Assembly (NCBI RefSeq): GCF_006345805.1
Contig: NC_043020.1
Span: 11,098,001-11,162,000, forward strand
DNA from: Octopus sinensis
Lineage: Eukaryota
Length of the DNA: 64,000 nucleotides
Reading direction: 5' to 3'
This document shows positions 36,096 through 49,877 of the stretch, in pieces. Position 1 is the first letter of the stretch. Every line of letters starts with the position of its first letter. The translations under genes were made by a program, and so were the position numbers. The notes under the pieces are model-generated. The model did not search any database, was not told the DNA's origin, and was given only the letters and a program-made list of their open reading frames with translations.

Positions 36096-36833
36096 TTTTC
36101 AATATTTCTGTCAGTAAGGCGGCGAGCTGGCAGAAACGTTAGCACGCCGGGCGAAATGCGTAACCGTATTTCGTATGCCGTTACGTTCTGAGTTCAAATT
36201 CCGCTGAGGTCGACTTTGCCTTTCGTCCTTTCGGGGTCGATTAAATAAGTACCAGTTACGCACTGGGGTCTTTACTCTTTACTCTTTTACTTGTTTCAGT
36301 CATTCGACTGTGGCCGTGATGGAGCACCGTCTTTAGTCAAGCAAATTGACCCCAGGACTTATTCTTTGTAAGCCTAGTACTTATTCTATCGGTCTCTTTT
36401 TGCCCAACTGCCAAGTTACGGGGACGTAAACACGTCAGCATCGGTTGTCAAGCGATGTTGAGGGGACAAACACAGACACACAAACATATACACACGCATA
36501 CACATACATACATATATATATATATACACATATATACGACGGGCTTCTTTCAGTTTCCGTCTACCACTCACAAGGCTTTGGTTGGCCCAAGGCTATAGTA
36601 GGAGACATTTGCTCTAGGTGCCATGCAGTGGGACTGAACCTGGAACCATGTGGTTGGCAAGCAAGCTACTTACCACACAGCCACTCCTACACCGATAAAT
36701 GAAATTTTTTATGTTTTTCCATTTGGTGCGTAAATGTAAAGATTGTTTCTACTTCCTACGCTTGAACATCCAATGTAAATCTGACCGTGGGTGAGGCAGC
36801 GCTCTTCGAGGTATAAACCAGCAACTGAAAATG

Positions 36834-37902
36834 GGATCTTTTCCTTTTGAACGGCAGATGTCAACACAATTTCTAGTTAACTTAACACTTTTAAACTTCG
36901 TATACTGGTAGAATGTGTTTATAAAACATCATTTTTTCTTGGCTTTATTGAGAAAATTCTATAGTTTGTAAGATATTTCGTCTGAAAATCCGAGCATTTC
37001 GGCAATTTTAACCAATCGATTACCTCCATTCAAGTAAAATCATTTGCTGCGTCTAAAACTGAGACAACATCCTGTAACTAACCCTAAACCTCCCCCTAAC
37101 CCTAAGCGTGTGTATAAAATTATAGAATTATTTTGTTTGTTAATTGTTTAAATCATTTTCCATTGCTTTCGGGTTTTTTTACACGCGTAACAATTAAATT
37201 AATTTAACAATTAAGAAAAAAAAAATTAGGGTTAGGGTTAGGTTGAGGGGTAGTGACAGGATGTTGTCTCAGTTTTAGACACAGCAAATGATTTTAGCTC
37301 AAAAGAGGGCATAGGATTGGTTAAAATTCGAAAAATTAAACTACGTTAAACAAACAAATTACAATTTTCTCAAGAAAGCCAAGAGAAAAAAAATGTTTTA
37401 TTTTGACGAGTGGCTGTATGGTAAGTAGCTTGCTAACCAACCACATGGTTCCGGGTTCAGTCCCACTGCGTGGCACCTTGGGCAAGTGTCTTCTGCTATA
37501 GCCCCGGGCCGACCAATGCCTTGTGAGTGGATTTGGTAGACGGAAACTGAAAGAAGCCTGTCGTATATATGTATATATATATATATATGTATATGTATGT
37601 GTATGTGTGTGTGTTTGTGTGTGTGTGTTTGTCCCTCTAGCATTGCTTGACAACCGATGCTGGTGTGTTTACGTCCCTGTCACTTAGCGGTTCGGCAAAA
37701 GAGACCGATAGAATAAGTACTGGGCTTACAAAGAATAAGTCCCGAGGTCGATTTGCTCGACTAAAGGCGGTGCTCCAGCATGGCCGCAGTCAAATGACTG
37801 CAACAAGTAAAAGAGTAAAGAGTAAGAGTATTCTACCAGTATACGAAGTTTTAAAGTGTTTAGTTAACTAGAAATTGTCTGCTGTTCAAAAGGAAAAGAT
37901 CC
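36834..37902. mobile_element. Foldback variant of MITE family E (~270-bp inverted arms, SINE in the right arm)
   Basis: GGATC...GATCC ends; TSD tgaaaatg/tgaaaata. Confidence 0.8.
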
Positions 37903-38439
37903 TGAAAATATTTGACCTTGTGATTTGTTGATGGCCATGGCAAAACCCGAGACCCACTGGGAATTGAAGTCATTTGAACTGAAATAGGACATCCGCTCCT
38001 GAATCTGTGACAGAGGATCTTGTGCTCTTATTATCTAATCGATGTATTCTATACTCAAGTCAATGTTCCTCAGATTATGCAACAGATGCTTATGTTTGCA
38101 TGTCATCAAGTCTATTTGTTCTCTATTCAGGTGTCTCTTGAGCTTGCCGTTCATGTTATTTGAGGTCTTTCAACTCTTGTCGTCCTAATAAAACTTCTTA
38201 CACTCATGCACACGCACACATTCAGTGTTATAGATGTACTTATACAGATAAAAAGTGAGAGAGCATGGTAAAATATATATAGAGAGAGCGGGAAGTTTAT
38301 AATGAGAAAAGCATAAAAGACAGAGAGAGACGAATAGAGAGAGGTGCATAGACAAACACGCTCCTGTGGCTGACTTGCATTACATGTCATATCTAGAGAG
38401 AGAGGGAGGAGCAGCATGTATAATACACATATACAAATA

Positions 38440-38445
38440 TATATG

Positions 38446-38480
<35 letters not shown>

Positions 38481-38497
38481 ATACACATACATATGTG

Positions 38498-38556
<59 letters not shown>

Positions 38557-38660
38557 TATATATATACAGAGTGCATAAGATATTTGAGGACAGATTTATG
38601 TTTATAAAAAAAAACATATCTAATAACAGATGTGTGTGTGTATGCATATGTGTGTATATA

Positions 38661-38693
<33 letters not shown>

Positions 38694-38911
38694 GGTGTGT
38701 GTATATATATATATGTGTGTGTATATATATATATGTGTGTATATATATATATATGTGTGTATATATATATATATGTGTGTATATATATATATATGTGTGT
38801 ATATATATATATATGTGTGTGTGTGTATATATATATATGTGTGTGTATATATATATATATGTATGTATATATATATGTATATATATGTGTGTGTGTATAT
38901 ATATATATATG

Positions 38912-38948
<37 letters not shown>

Positions 38949-38990
38949 ATATATATACACACAAATATATATATATATATATATATGCAG
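38440..38990. repeat. (TA)n/(TG)n compound satellite
   Basis: Direct inspection; includes an ~20-bp GTGTGT(AT)n periodic block. Confidence 0.95.
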
Positions 38991-39577
38991 TTCATGTGGG
39001 AATATATTCCAACAAAAGGGGGGGAAAAAAGGCTTTTGATTTGGGAGGAACGACCCTTTCATAAACGCCCAAATATCTATTGAATTACATTGTATTTAGT
39101 TAAGAAAAGGTCATAAAATACTTATATAGGTGGTGGTGTTAGTGGTGCTAGTGGAGGTGGTGGTGCTAGTGGAGGTGGTGGCAGCAGCAGGAATGGGAAC
39201 GGGGGGGGGGGGGGGCATTATGCTAACATTTTACTAATTAAAGCAACAAATATTGGGTTGTCAGAAAAATTTATTATTATTATTATTATTATTTTTTGTT
39301 TGATTATGTGTGTGTGTGTGTTTTCTACATGGCAGACTATTGTCATCTATCTCAAAAAGGTAAAAAAAAATTTATTCAAGCTTCCAGAAAAAAAATAAAT
39401 AAAAGTTGTACCCAACCGGGAGTGGCTGTGTGGTAAGTAGCTTGTTTACCAACCACATGGTTCCGGGTTCAGTCCCACTGCGTGGCACATTGGGCAAGTG
39501 TCTTCTACTATAGCCTCGGGCCGACCAATGCCTTGTGAGTGGATTTGGTAGATGGAAACTGAAAGAAGCCCATCGTA

Positions 39578-39625
<48 letters not shown>

Positions 39626-40261
39626 TGTGTGTGTTTGTGTGTCTGTATTTGTTCCCCTAGCATTGCTTGACAACCGATGCTGGTGTGCTTATGTCCCCGT
39701 TACTTAGCGGTTCGGCAAAAGAGACCGATAGAATAAGTACTGGGCTTACAAAAGAATAAGTCCTGGGCTCGAGTTGCTCGATTAAAGGCGGTGCTCCAGC
39801 ATGGCCGCAGTCAAATGACTGAAACAAGTAAAAGAGTAAAGAGTAACCACATGGTTCTGGGTTAAGTCCCACTGCGTGGCACCTTGGGCAAGTGTCGCCT
39901 ACTATAGCCTTGGCCCGACTAAAGCCTTGTGAGTGGATTTGGTAGACGGAAACTGAAAAAAGCCCGTCATATATTATCATCATCATCATCATCGTTTAAC
40001 GTCCATTTTCCGTGCTAGCACGGGTCGGACGGTTCAACCGGGGTCTGCGAAGGCAAGGGGCTGCACCAGGCTCCAGTCTGATGTGGCAGTGTTTCTACAC
40101 TTGGATGCCCTTCCTGTGTGTGCTTGTGTGTCTGTGTTTGTCCCCCCAACATCACTTGACAACTGATGCTGGTGTGTTTACGTCCCTGTAACTTAGCAGT
40201 TCGGCAAAAGAGACTGATAGAATAAGTACCAGACTTACAAAGAATAAGTCCTAGGGGTGAT

Positions 40262-40862
40262 TTATAATAATAATAATAATAATGAAATTATTGTATACAG
40301 TGCTCAGGTGCACCACAAACTTGTCAGAAAGTGCGTATAAAGCAAATGCAGTAATGTACAAATGTCTGGAAAGCAAACAGTGTATGAGTCAGATACATGC
40401 TTGTGTGTGTATGGAGGGAAGGAAATCAGGTGTAGTGTTGGCGAATCTCAGAAAACATGGAAGTTTTGAAGGATGCAGTGCTCCGACAACTAACAACTGA
40501 TGCCGGCAGTTTGTTCCATGCTTCAGCAACTCTCACCGTGAAAAAATGTTTCCTAAAGTCATAGGAGCTGTGCTGTTTCCTGACTTTGTAAATATGTCCA
40601 CGGGTGTTAGACGGGTGGAGTTTGAAAAGGTGCTCAGAGTTATTGTTTGTAAGATGATTGATAATTTTATGGGTGTCTGCCGAGTCAGCTGCCAGACGTC
40701 AGAATTTCAATGTGTCCATGCCCAGGGAAGTAAGGTGTTCAGAATATGGCAAATGCCTGATGGAGGGTATTCTTTTGGTTGCACGTCGCTGAACGGCTTC
40801 CAGACGATTGATATCCTGGGCAAGATAGGGGTTCCAGACCGGTGATGCAAATTCCAGGTGAA
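40262..40862 (-). mobile_element. CR1-clade LINE 3' end, same family
   Basis: LEFASPVWNPYLAQDINRLEAVQRRATKRIP...; highly similar to the 12-kb copy; (ATT)n tail. Confidence 0.9.
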
Positions 40863-42201
40863 AGGTGGTGCTCCAGCATGGCTACAGTCAAATGACTGAA
40901 ACAAGTAAAAGAGTAGGAACAGAGCTAATTTTCCCCAAAAAAATAAATAAAAATACGTTTTCCATTAATTCAATTAACATAGGAAAGGATTGACATAAAT
41001 GGGGGGGGGGGAGAAAAGGAAAAAAGAAAAACGAATTTATCTGAGAACCCAATATTATTGGAGCATAATATTAAATGAAGGAATAAAACAAAAAGCCAAT
41101 TCCTTTGAGGGTTTTTTTAGGAAGTAAGCCATTTCAAGGGAAATAAATTTATTGAATTCTTGCATATTTATTTATTTGGAAAATGGTGCCAAGAGATTTC
41201 TATGTACTTCAGATCACTTTGATATTATTATTAAATTTACAGCCAACCGTTAAAGAGCAAACAAGTACCATGCTTGCGTGGCATATTTTAGGTACCTAAA
41301 TAGTCACAAACTGGTATAAATACCTTCTCGATTCTTCTATTCTTTAACCCAGCCAAATTTGTATTCTCTTGGTATTCTTTCTTCATCAGTTTTATAAAAA
41401 AACACTATCCAGTTTCTTTTGACTAATTTTTTCTGTTAGTTAAATTGGTAATTAATTAAAATTACAGGTTGTGGGTATATCTGTACTTAAGGTGGCAGAT
41501 TTTATTCTATAGCGGTCAATATTCAGTTGTAATGCTTAAAATGTTGAGAAGGTACTATTTGATTAGGGGCATCGTCATCATCATCATTGTCGTTTAACGT
41601 ACGTTCTCCATGCTAGAATGGGTTGGATGGTTTGACCAGGAAGCCAGAAGGCTGCACCAGGCTCCAGTCTGATCTGGCAGTGTTTCTACAACTGGATGCC
41701 CTTCCTAATGCCAACCACTCCGTGGGTGTAGTGGGTGCTTTTTACGTGCCAGACAAGGCCGGCAACGGCCACGATCGGATTGGTGCTTTTTACATGCCAC
41801 CGGCACGGAAGCCAGTTAATATCAATAAGTATTAAAAGAAACATTGGTTTCAAACTTTGGCACAGGGCCAGCTATCTCAGGAGAGGGGCTAAGTTGATTA
41901 CATTGACCCCATTGATAAACTAGTACTTATTTGATCAACCCCCAAAAGGTTGAAAGGCAAAGTCAACCTCAGAGGAATTTTAACTCAGAATGTAAAAGCA
42001 GATAAAATTTTTGCTAAGCAGTTCACTGCCTTCGGGATTAAAAGAACTATTTAACGAAAGAGAGCCACTGATTTGCAGAGTTCTTGCAACCCAAATAGCT
42101 TGAACCAAACTTGTATTGACTCCATGATGTCAAAACCATCTTGCCATGGGGTCATATTGATCTTGTCTTCTGTAAAAACATAATCACTGCACAGACCTTT
42201 T

Positions 42202-42720
42202 GAGTCAAGTACATCAGCATCAAAATAAAAATCAAATGGATATTGTAGTTGTGATACCCATGCTGGTGGCACGTTGGGCCTCACAGAGGCAATTATGAAA
42301 GACCGAAACCCCTGAGATATGCTGTGACTGTGAAAACCTGACAAACGAAGTGAGTTCATGGCTTGCAGGACGGCCTGCTGTGCTAACCTTGGATCGTAGG
42401 GTGACCTGCTGTGCTTGAGGAGACCTATTGAGTCAAGTACATCTACATCAAAATAAAAATCAATGGATATTGTAGTTGTGATACCTGTGCCAGTGGCACA
42501 TTGGGCCTCACAGAGGAAATGATGAAAGACCGAGACCTCTGAGATATGCTGTGACTGTAAAGACCTGACAAGTGAAGTGAGTTCATGGCTCGCAGGACGG
42601 CCTGCTGTGCTAACCTTGGATCATAGAGTGATCCGCTGTTCTTGAGGAGACCTATTGAGTCAAGTACATCTACATCAAAATAAAAATCAATGGATATTGT
42701 AGTTATGATACCTTGCTGGT
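42202..42720. repeat. ~228-bp tandem repeat (2.3 units)
   Basis: gagtcaagtacatc...caaaataaaaatcaa occurs at ~42202, ~42431 and ~42658. Confidence 0.85.
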
Positions 42721-42939
42721 AGCATGTAAAAACCACCATCCGAACGTGGCCGATGCCAGCGCTGCCTTGACTGGCGTCAACTTTACCTTTCATCCTTTCA
42801 GGGCTGATGAAATAAGTACCAGTTGAGCACTGGGGGTCAATGTAATCAATTAACCTCTTTCCTGAAATTGCTGGCCTTGTGCCGAAATTTGAAACTATTA
42901 TTAGTAGTGAAAGACAAGAAAGAGAGAGGAGACAGCATG

Positions 42940-43170
42940 TCTCTTGGTCAGTCAGTGGGACATGTCCAGTGATCCATCAACTGGATTTCAAAATCTTGAA
43001 TGGCCCTTCTCTGGACACAGTAGTCCAGGATATCTGTGACTGCCTTCTCACCTGGAATGGCAACACTGTTCCAGGTGAGGGGGCAGTATTCCAGTGTTGG
43101 TCTCAGCTGAGCACGAAGTCACTCACCAACACACTCCAACCTCTGACCTACAGACCCATGCTGTGTCTCC
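42940..43170 (-). mobile_element. Old CR1/L2 RT fragment
   Basis: LRPTLEYCPLTWNS...LDYCVQRRAI motif. Confidence 0.55.
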
Positions 43171-43519
43171 TTCTTCTGCCTAGTCTACCACTACAGCAAG
43201 CACCTCAGCTCTTTCAAACATCGTTCCTCCTCCTCCCCCTCCTCCTCCTCCTCACTCATATTGTGACCACTCTGCCCGAAGCTCCTTTACCCTAACCCTA
43301 CCTCCATCACCACTATATCATTTGGAATTCTGTGTTGTTGAATTTATCTGTTGCTAAAGAATCTCCAATTTTCTTTTCTTGCAATTTCAATGCAGAATGA
43401 CAACATTGTAAAGACAGCATTGTAAAGGGCTGTTTTCACAATTAGATTAGGATAGTCTTGAAATATTTTGAAACTAATATATTTAGGAATTCTATTGTTC
43501 CAAAGCACAATATAAATAC

Positions 43520-43800
43520 AATTGCAGTGTAGAAGGTGTTTATAAGCCATTTAAGAAACACACAAAAACCATTAGATTCACTTCAACATTGAAGTTTAAT
43601 TTGTCAAAATATTTTCGTCGCATAGACCGCGACCTGTTCACTGACAAAAATCTGAGATGCAGCACGGATTTTTGTCAGTGAATAGGTTGCGGTCTTATAG
43701 TGACGAAAATATTTTGACAAATTAAACTTAAATGTTGAAGTGAATCGAACGGCTTTTGTGTGTTTCTTAAATGGCTTACAAACACCTTCCATGCTGCAAT
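43520..43800. repeat. ~280-bp imperfect palindrome (MITE-like or Penelope-like foldback)
   Basis: Arms gcagtgtagaaggtgtt...tgacaaaaatc and their reverse complement flank a ~14-nt loop. Confidence 0.8.
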
Positions 43801-44715
43801 TATTTTCGTTTCAGCACACGATCTCAGATCAGGTCACTTACTATGCAAGTACATCTCCGTAACAATATAAAGAATTGAAAAGGAAATAGGAAAACTCTTT
43901 GATAAAAGAAAACCTAACCTCAACATAGTTGTGTTGTTAATATACCTCTATGGCACTTTGTTGGTTATGACAATGAGGGTTCCAGTTGATCCAATCAATG
44001 GAACAGCCTGCTCATGAAATTAACGTGCAAGTGGCTGAGCACTCCACAGACACGTATACCCTTGACGTAGTTCTTGGGGAGACTCAGCATGACACAGAGT
44101 GTGACAAGGCCGGCCCTTTGAAATACAGGTACAACAGAAACAGGAAGAAAGAGTGAAAGTTGTGGTGAAAGAGTACAGCAGGGTTTATCATTATTATTAT
44201 TATTATTATTATTATAATTCTATGTTTGACTTTTGCTTTACATTTGTACAAGTTGGCTCCAAGTCTCACCCAGAGACCTCAAGAGACAACAAGTTGGAAG
44301 TTCATGTTGGTGTTATGCCTATGGTGCCATATATTTGGTTTTGTACTTAGTGTTGTACTAGTGAATGCCTAAAAAATCATACGAAAATTATGTTTGTTTT
44401 AAAACTTGAGATTACATAGAAAGTATTTGGGGTTCCTGGTATCTGAGTTAGATAGCAATCAGCCCCTTTTGCTTATTATTATTATTATCTCACTCAAGAT
44501 AAACCAATATTTACTGATCCATTAGGTGCTAATCACTAGATAATCAGACACACTACAATAGGAACCTCACAAATTTTTAGTCAAATGAACTGACCCTGGC
44601 ATTTATTCTATAAGTCTCTTTCACCAAACCACAAAGTAACAGGGACATAAACACACTATCACTGGTTGCTAAGTGGTGGTGGGGGACAAACAGACACAAA
44701 GACTGACAGACAGAT

Positions 44716-44758
<43 letters not shown>

Positions 44759-45479
44759 CAACAGGTTTCTTTCAGTGTCTGTCTTCCAAATCCACTCACG
44801 AGGTTGAAAGCTATACTTGGAGACACTTGCCCAAGGTGCCATACAGTGGGACTGAACCTAGAGTCATGTAATTGGGAAGCAAACTTCTTACCACACAGCC
44901 ATGCCTACACCTATATATATATCATCATTGTCATCATCTTTATTTAACATACATTTTCCATGCTTGCATGGTTTGGACGGTTTGGCAAATATATGTGTGT
45001 CCATGTATCATGATTTTAATGTCACTTTTCACACACCCACGAACATATATATATATGTATATATATATATACACACACACATATGAACTTAAACATATAT
45101 ACATGCATATGTATGTGGTGGTTGTCTACGCCTTATGCAGAGTTTGACCCCCTCCTGTACCTACACTTTAGAACCATCATGGCATCTGATGTGGCTTTTG
45201 AAGCCAGACAATGTTTTGAAAAGACACCCACATAGATGGCATATCTGATTTCACATAGATTGCACATAGATTGCACATAGATTGCATATCTGATTTGAAC
45301 CACCAAGAGCTGCACATAAGTTCTGATCTTTGTGAATCTTAAAATATCTTTTGAGGCCTCTGTTAGATTTGCACAGACATATAGGCAGAATAGTTGGTGG
45401 AGGTTCGTTTTCCATGGGTTTGCAAATGAGATTTGAGCCCAGCAAAAGAAAGGCATGGTCTGTCACGAACTGTGCACAC

Positions 45480-45768
45480 AAAAAGGTCATTGTGATTCAC
45501 CTTCACGATTGTAACATTCTTCCTTAAATTTCTTTTGAGTTTTGCAATGCGTTATCCTAGCCTCTTCAAACACTTTCACTCCACTCCACACTTTTGTTTG
45601 CCATCTAGCTCTATCCGAAGCAAAGGTTTCTTTGTCCTCTAGATCCATTCAAGTGACTTAAGGGTAGTCTTTATGCCATCTATAAACCTTGTTTTAGGTT
45701 TATACCGATAGCGTTTCCTCTCTGCAAGCTCACCATAAAACAGTTGTTTGGGCATGTGTTCATCCACC
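45480..45768 (-). mobile_element. RTE-clade LINE C-terminal remnant
   Basis: MVDEHMPKQLFYGELAERKRYRYKPKTRFIDGIK matches the RTE motif PKQLFYGEL..GKR..G.PK.RFKD. Confidence 0.75.
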
Positions 45769-45787
45769 ATGTATGTATATGTAAGGA

Positions 45788-45930
45788 CGGGGGATCACTC
45801 GGCTTGTCTATCGATGAAGAGCGCGGCTATCCACATGAACTGATGCGAATTGCAGGACTCAGTGAACATCGACACCTCGAACGCACATTGCGGCCCCGGG
45901 ATCCTATCGTCCCGGGGCCCCGTCTGGTCG
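45788..45930 (+). pseudogene. Dispersed, near-full-length 5.8S rRNA-derived sequence
   Basis: Contains the conserved 5.8S blocks GGATCACTCGGCT, TCGATGAAGAGCGC, GAATTGCAGGAC, ATCGACACCTCGAACGCACATTGCGGCCCCGGG and the GC hairpin. No flanking 18S, ITS or 28S sequence. Confidence 0.88.
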
Positions 45931-46894
45931 ATAGGTATCTTACACCGGCGAGCTGGCAGAAACGTTTGCACGCCGGGCGAAATGCGTAGCCGTATTTTGT
46001 CTGCCGTTACGTTCTGAGTTCAAATTCCGCCGAGGTCGACTTTGCCTTTCATCCTTTCGGGGTCGATTAAATAAGTACCAGTTTCGCACTGGGGTCGATA
46101 TAATCAACTTAATCCGTTTGTCTGTCCTTGTTTGTTCCCTCTGTGTTCAGCCCCTTGTGGGCAATAAAGAAATATGTATGTATATGTAAGTTCATATACA
46201 CATATGAACTTACACATATATACATATGTATGTGCGTATGTATGTACACATGTACAAACAGACATGTATGTATGTACATACATATATACATCATTATTAC
46301 ATCAATCTTTATTTGCACTGTGAACAGAGAGATTTAAAATGATGACTTGCATATTTATTCATAATACCTTCCAGCAAATTTGAATGCAAATATGCTAGTT
46401 ACTGTTGTGTATGTCACAGGAAAACAGCCTCTCTTTCCTCTTTGCCACAGTGATGTGTTCATAACAAGCTTCTTTGGAGGAGGGGGTTCTAGAGCGCCAC
46501 TGTTTCGGCTTACGCCTTGTCAGCCAAAAGCACACAGACCTTTCGATCTAAACAAGAGCTGGTGGCTTTGTTTATAATTCGTGCAAAATGTTCACTGATT
46601 TATGATGATATTTGCCAACCAATAATTAAATCGATAGTTGCCCTGTGAACAGTGAGATCTGAAACAACAGCTGTATGTGTGTACATGTAGGTACATATGT
46701 ATGTATAAACACATATATATGTATATATATATACATGTATGTATGTAGGTATGTATGTACATATATAAATATGTGTGTGTATATCTATATATCTATATGT
46801 ATGTTTGTGTGTGTGTATATATATATTATATATAATATATATATATATATCATCATCATCATCATCGTTTAACGTCCGTTTTGCGATGATGATG

Positions 46895-46933
<39 letters not shown>

Positions 46934-47169
46934 ATATATACACACACAAACATACATATAGATATATAGATATACACACACATATTTATATATGTACATA
47001 CATACCTACACACATACATGTATATATACATATACATATATCTATATATATCTATATATATATATATATCTATATATATATATATATATATATATCTATA
47101 TATATATCTATATATATATCTATAATATATATATATATATATATATCTATATATATATCTATATATATA

Positions 47170-47212
<43 letters not shown>

Positions 47213-49877
47213 GTGTGTGGGTGTAGTGTGTGTGACTGCCACCTGATTTCTCACCGGCATTGTCTTATCTTCTTGGAGATACCAATAATTTATGTTTGCT
47301 TTCTCTCCTAAGTGTGATTAACGAAGAGCCAGCTTTACTCCTACTGATACCCTCATTTGTTAACCCCCCCACCATCTAACATACAAAGGCAATACAATCT
47401 CTCCCCAGGTTTGCTGACTTGCGAGCTACATGATGACCACAATAGTCCTAGCAGCATAAAAAAAAAAAATCATCCAGTGCACACTGTGAAGTGGTTGGTA
47501 TTTGGAAGGGCATCCAGCTGTAGAAACCATGCCACAGTGGACACTAGAGTAATTTGCCGTCCTTGACTCATTGGATCCTTGTCAAACTGTTCAACATCTA
47601 TCAGCATGGAACATCATCATCATCATTTAACGTCCGCCTTCCTTGCTAGCATGGGTTGGATGATTTGACTGAGGGCTGGCGAACTAGATGGTTGCACCAG
47701 GCTTCAATCTTGATCTGGCAGAGTTTCTACAGCTGGATGCCCTTCCTAACACCAACCACTCCGAGAGTGTAGTGGGTGCTTTTTACGTGCCACCGGCATG
47801 GGGGCCAGTCAGGCGGTACTGGCAATTTTTTTACACATACCACCGGCACAGGTGCCAGTGAGGCGACGTTGGTTTTACATGCCACGGGTACGAAATCCAG
47901 TTGGCTGCTCTGGCAACGATCACGCTCAGATGGTGCTCTTGGCACCCTACTAGCACTGGCATAAATTTGATTTTGATTTTGGATGATGATGATGGTGATA
48001 TATATCCTCATATGAGCGGCTGTGTGGCAAGACGCTTGCTTCCCAACCACATGGTTCTGGGTTCAGTCCCACTGTGTGGCAGCTTGAGCAAGTGTCTTCT
48101 ACTATAGCTTTGGGCCGACCAAAGCCTTGTGAGTGGATTTGGTAGACGGAAACTGAAAGAAGCCCATCATACATATATATATATATATATATATATGTGT
48201 GTATGTTTGTGTGTCTCTGTTTGACCCCACCCCACCACCATAGCTTGACAACTGATGTTGGTGTGTTTATGTCCCTGTAACTTAGCAGTTCAGCAAAAGA
48301 GACCAAAAAACAAGTACTGGGCTCACAAAGAATAAGTTCTGGGGTCGATTTGCTCTACTAAAGGTGATGCTACATCATGGCCGCAGCCAAATGACTGAAA
48401 CAAGTAAAAGAATAAAAGAATATAAAACCTTTCAGCATCTGACACAAGATCACCTCCTCCAATGCCCCCTTCCCTCCCAAAATTCCTTGTCTTGCATGTT
48501 ACTCGGTGACCCTGCTGATGCTGGTGCCATGTAAAAAGCATCCAGTCCACACTATAAAGTGGTTGGCATTTCAAAGAGTATCTAGCTATAAAAACCATGC
48601 CAAAACTAACCTCACCGTGCTGGTGCCACTTAAAAAGCATTCAGTCCACTTTGTGGGGTGGTTGGTGTAAGAAACAGCATGCAAATGTAAAAACCTTACC
48701 AAAACAGACACAGTAGTCTGGGGTACTCTTCTACCTGGCCAGTTCCTATCAAACCATCCAACCCATACCAGCATGGAAGACAGACATTGAAAACGATGAT
48801 GATGAGGATAAACAATGATGATACATACATACGTACATACATACATATATATATTTAGACAGACAAATGCATGTATGTATGTATGTATATGATGGTGGAT
48901 GTGATATGAAGAAAATTTGACTATTTCTTGCTAATCATTGTACAGATGTAGCAGGGTAAAGGTGTCGAGCTGGCAGAAACGTTAGCACACCCGGTGAAAC
49001 GCTTAGTGGTATTTCATCTGCCGTTACGTTCTGAGATCAAATTCTGCTGAGGTCAACTTTGCCTTTCATCCTTTCGGGGTCGATAAATTAAGTACCAGTT
49101 ACACACTGGGGTTGATATAATCGACTTAATCCATTTGCCTGTCCTTGTTTGTCCTCTCTGTGTTTAACCCCTTGTGGGTAGTAAAGAAATAGGTATTTCA
49201 TCTGCCGTTACGTTCTGAGTTCAAATTCCGCTGAGGTCGACTTTGCCTTTCATCTTTTTGGGGTCAATAAATTAAGTACTAGTTACGCACTGGTGTCGAT
49301 GTAATCGACTTAATCCATTTGTCTGTCCTTGTTTCTCCCCTCTGTGTGTAGCCCCTTGTGGGCAGCAAAGAAATAAGATGTATCAGAGATGAAGCCACTT
49401 GTACTCTAAACTGTTCCTGCACTTAAAGTGAAAAACTACCCGTTGATGAAGTTCTTAAGAAAATATATGAAACCAACATTTTAATCTGTAATGCAAAAAG
49501 TAATTTAAAAGAGGATTAGAGAATTAATCTTTAAAGATTAAAAATAAATTAGATTTCTTGTCGCACATGAATTCTCCACCCCCTTGTTGGGTGGTGTCAA
49601 AGATCCCGTGGTTCATGAGAGGTGGGTGAGAAGGGTTAAAGTGGGACAGACCTGCAAAACAAGATTTCACAAATTCTTAAGTGTTTACTTTTCTCATGAT
49701 AAGAAAGTTAAACATCACAACAGGACTTCTTTTGAGATTTAGTTACTGGTGGTGGGGGGTAATAGAGGCAGCAGCAGCGGTGGTGGTGGTGGTGGGGTTG
49801 GCAGTGTTGTTGGTGGTGGTGGTGGTAAAGACGTTGGTGGTAGTGGTGGTGATGGTTGTGGCAATATTAGTGATTGT

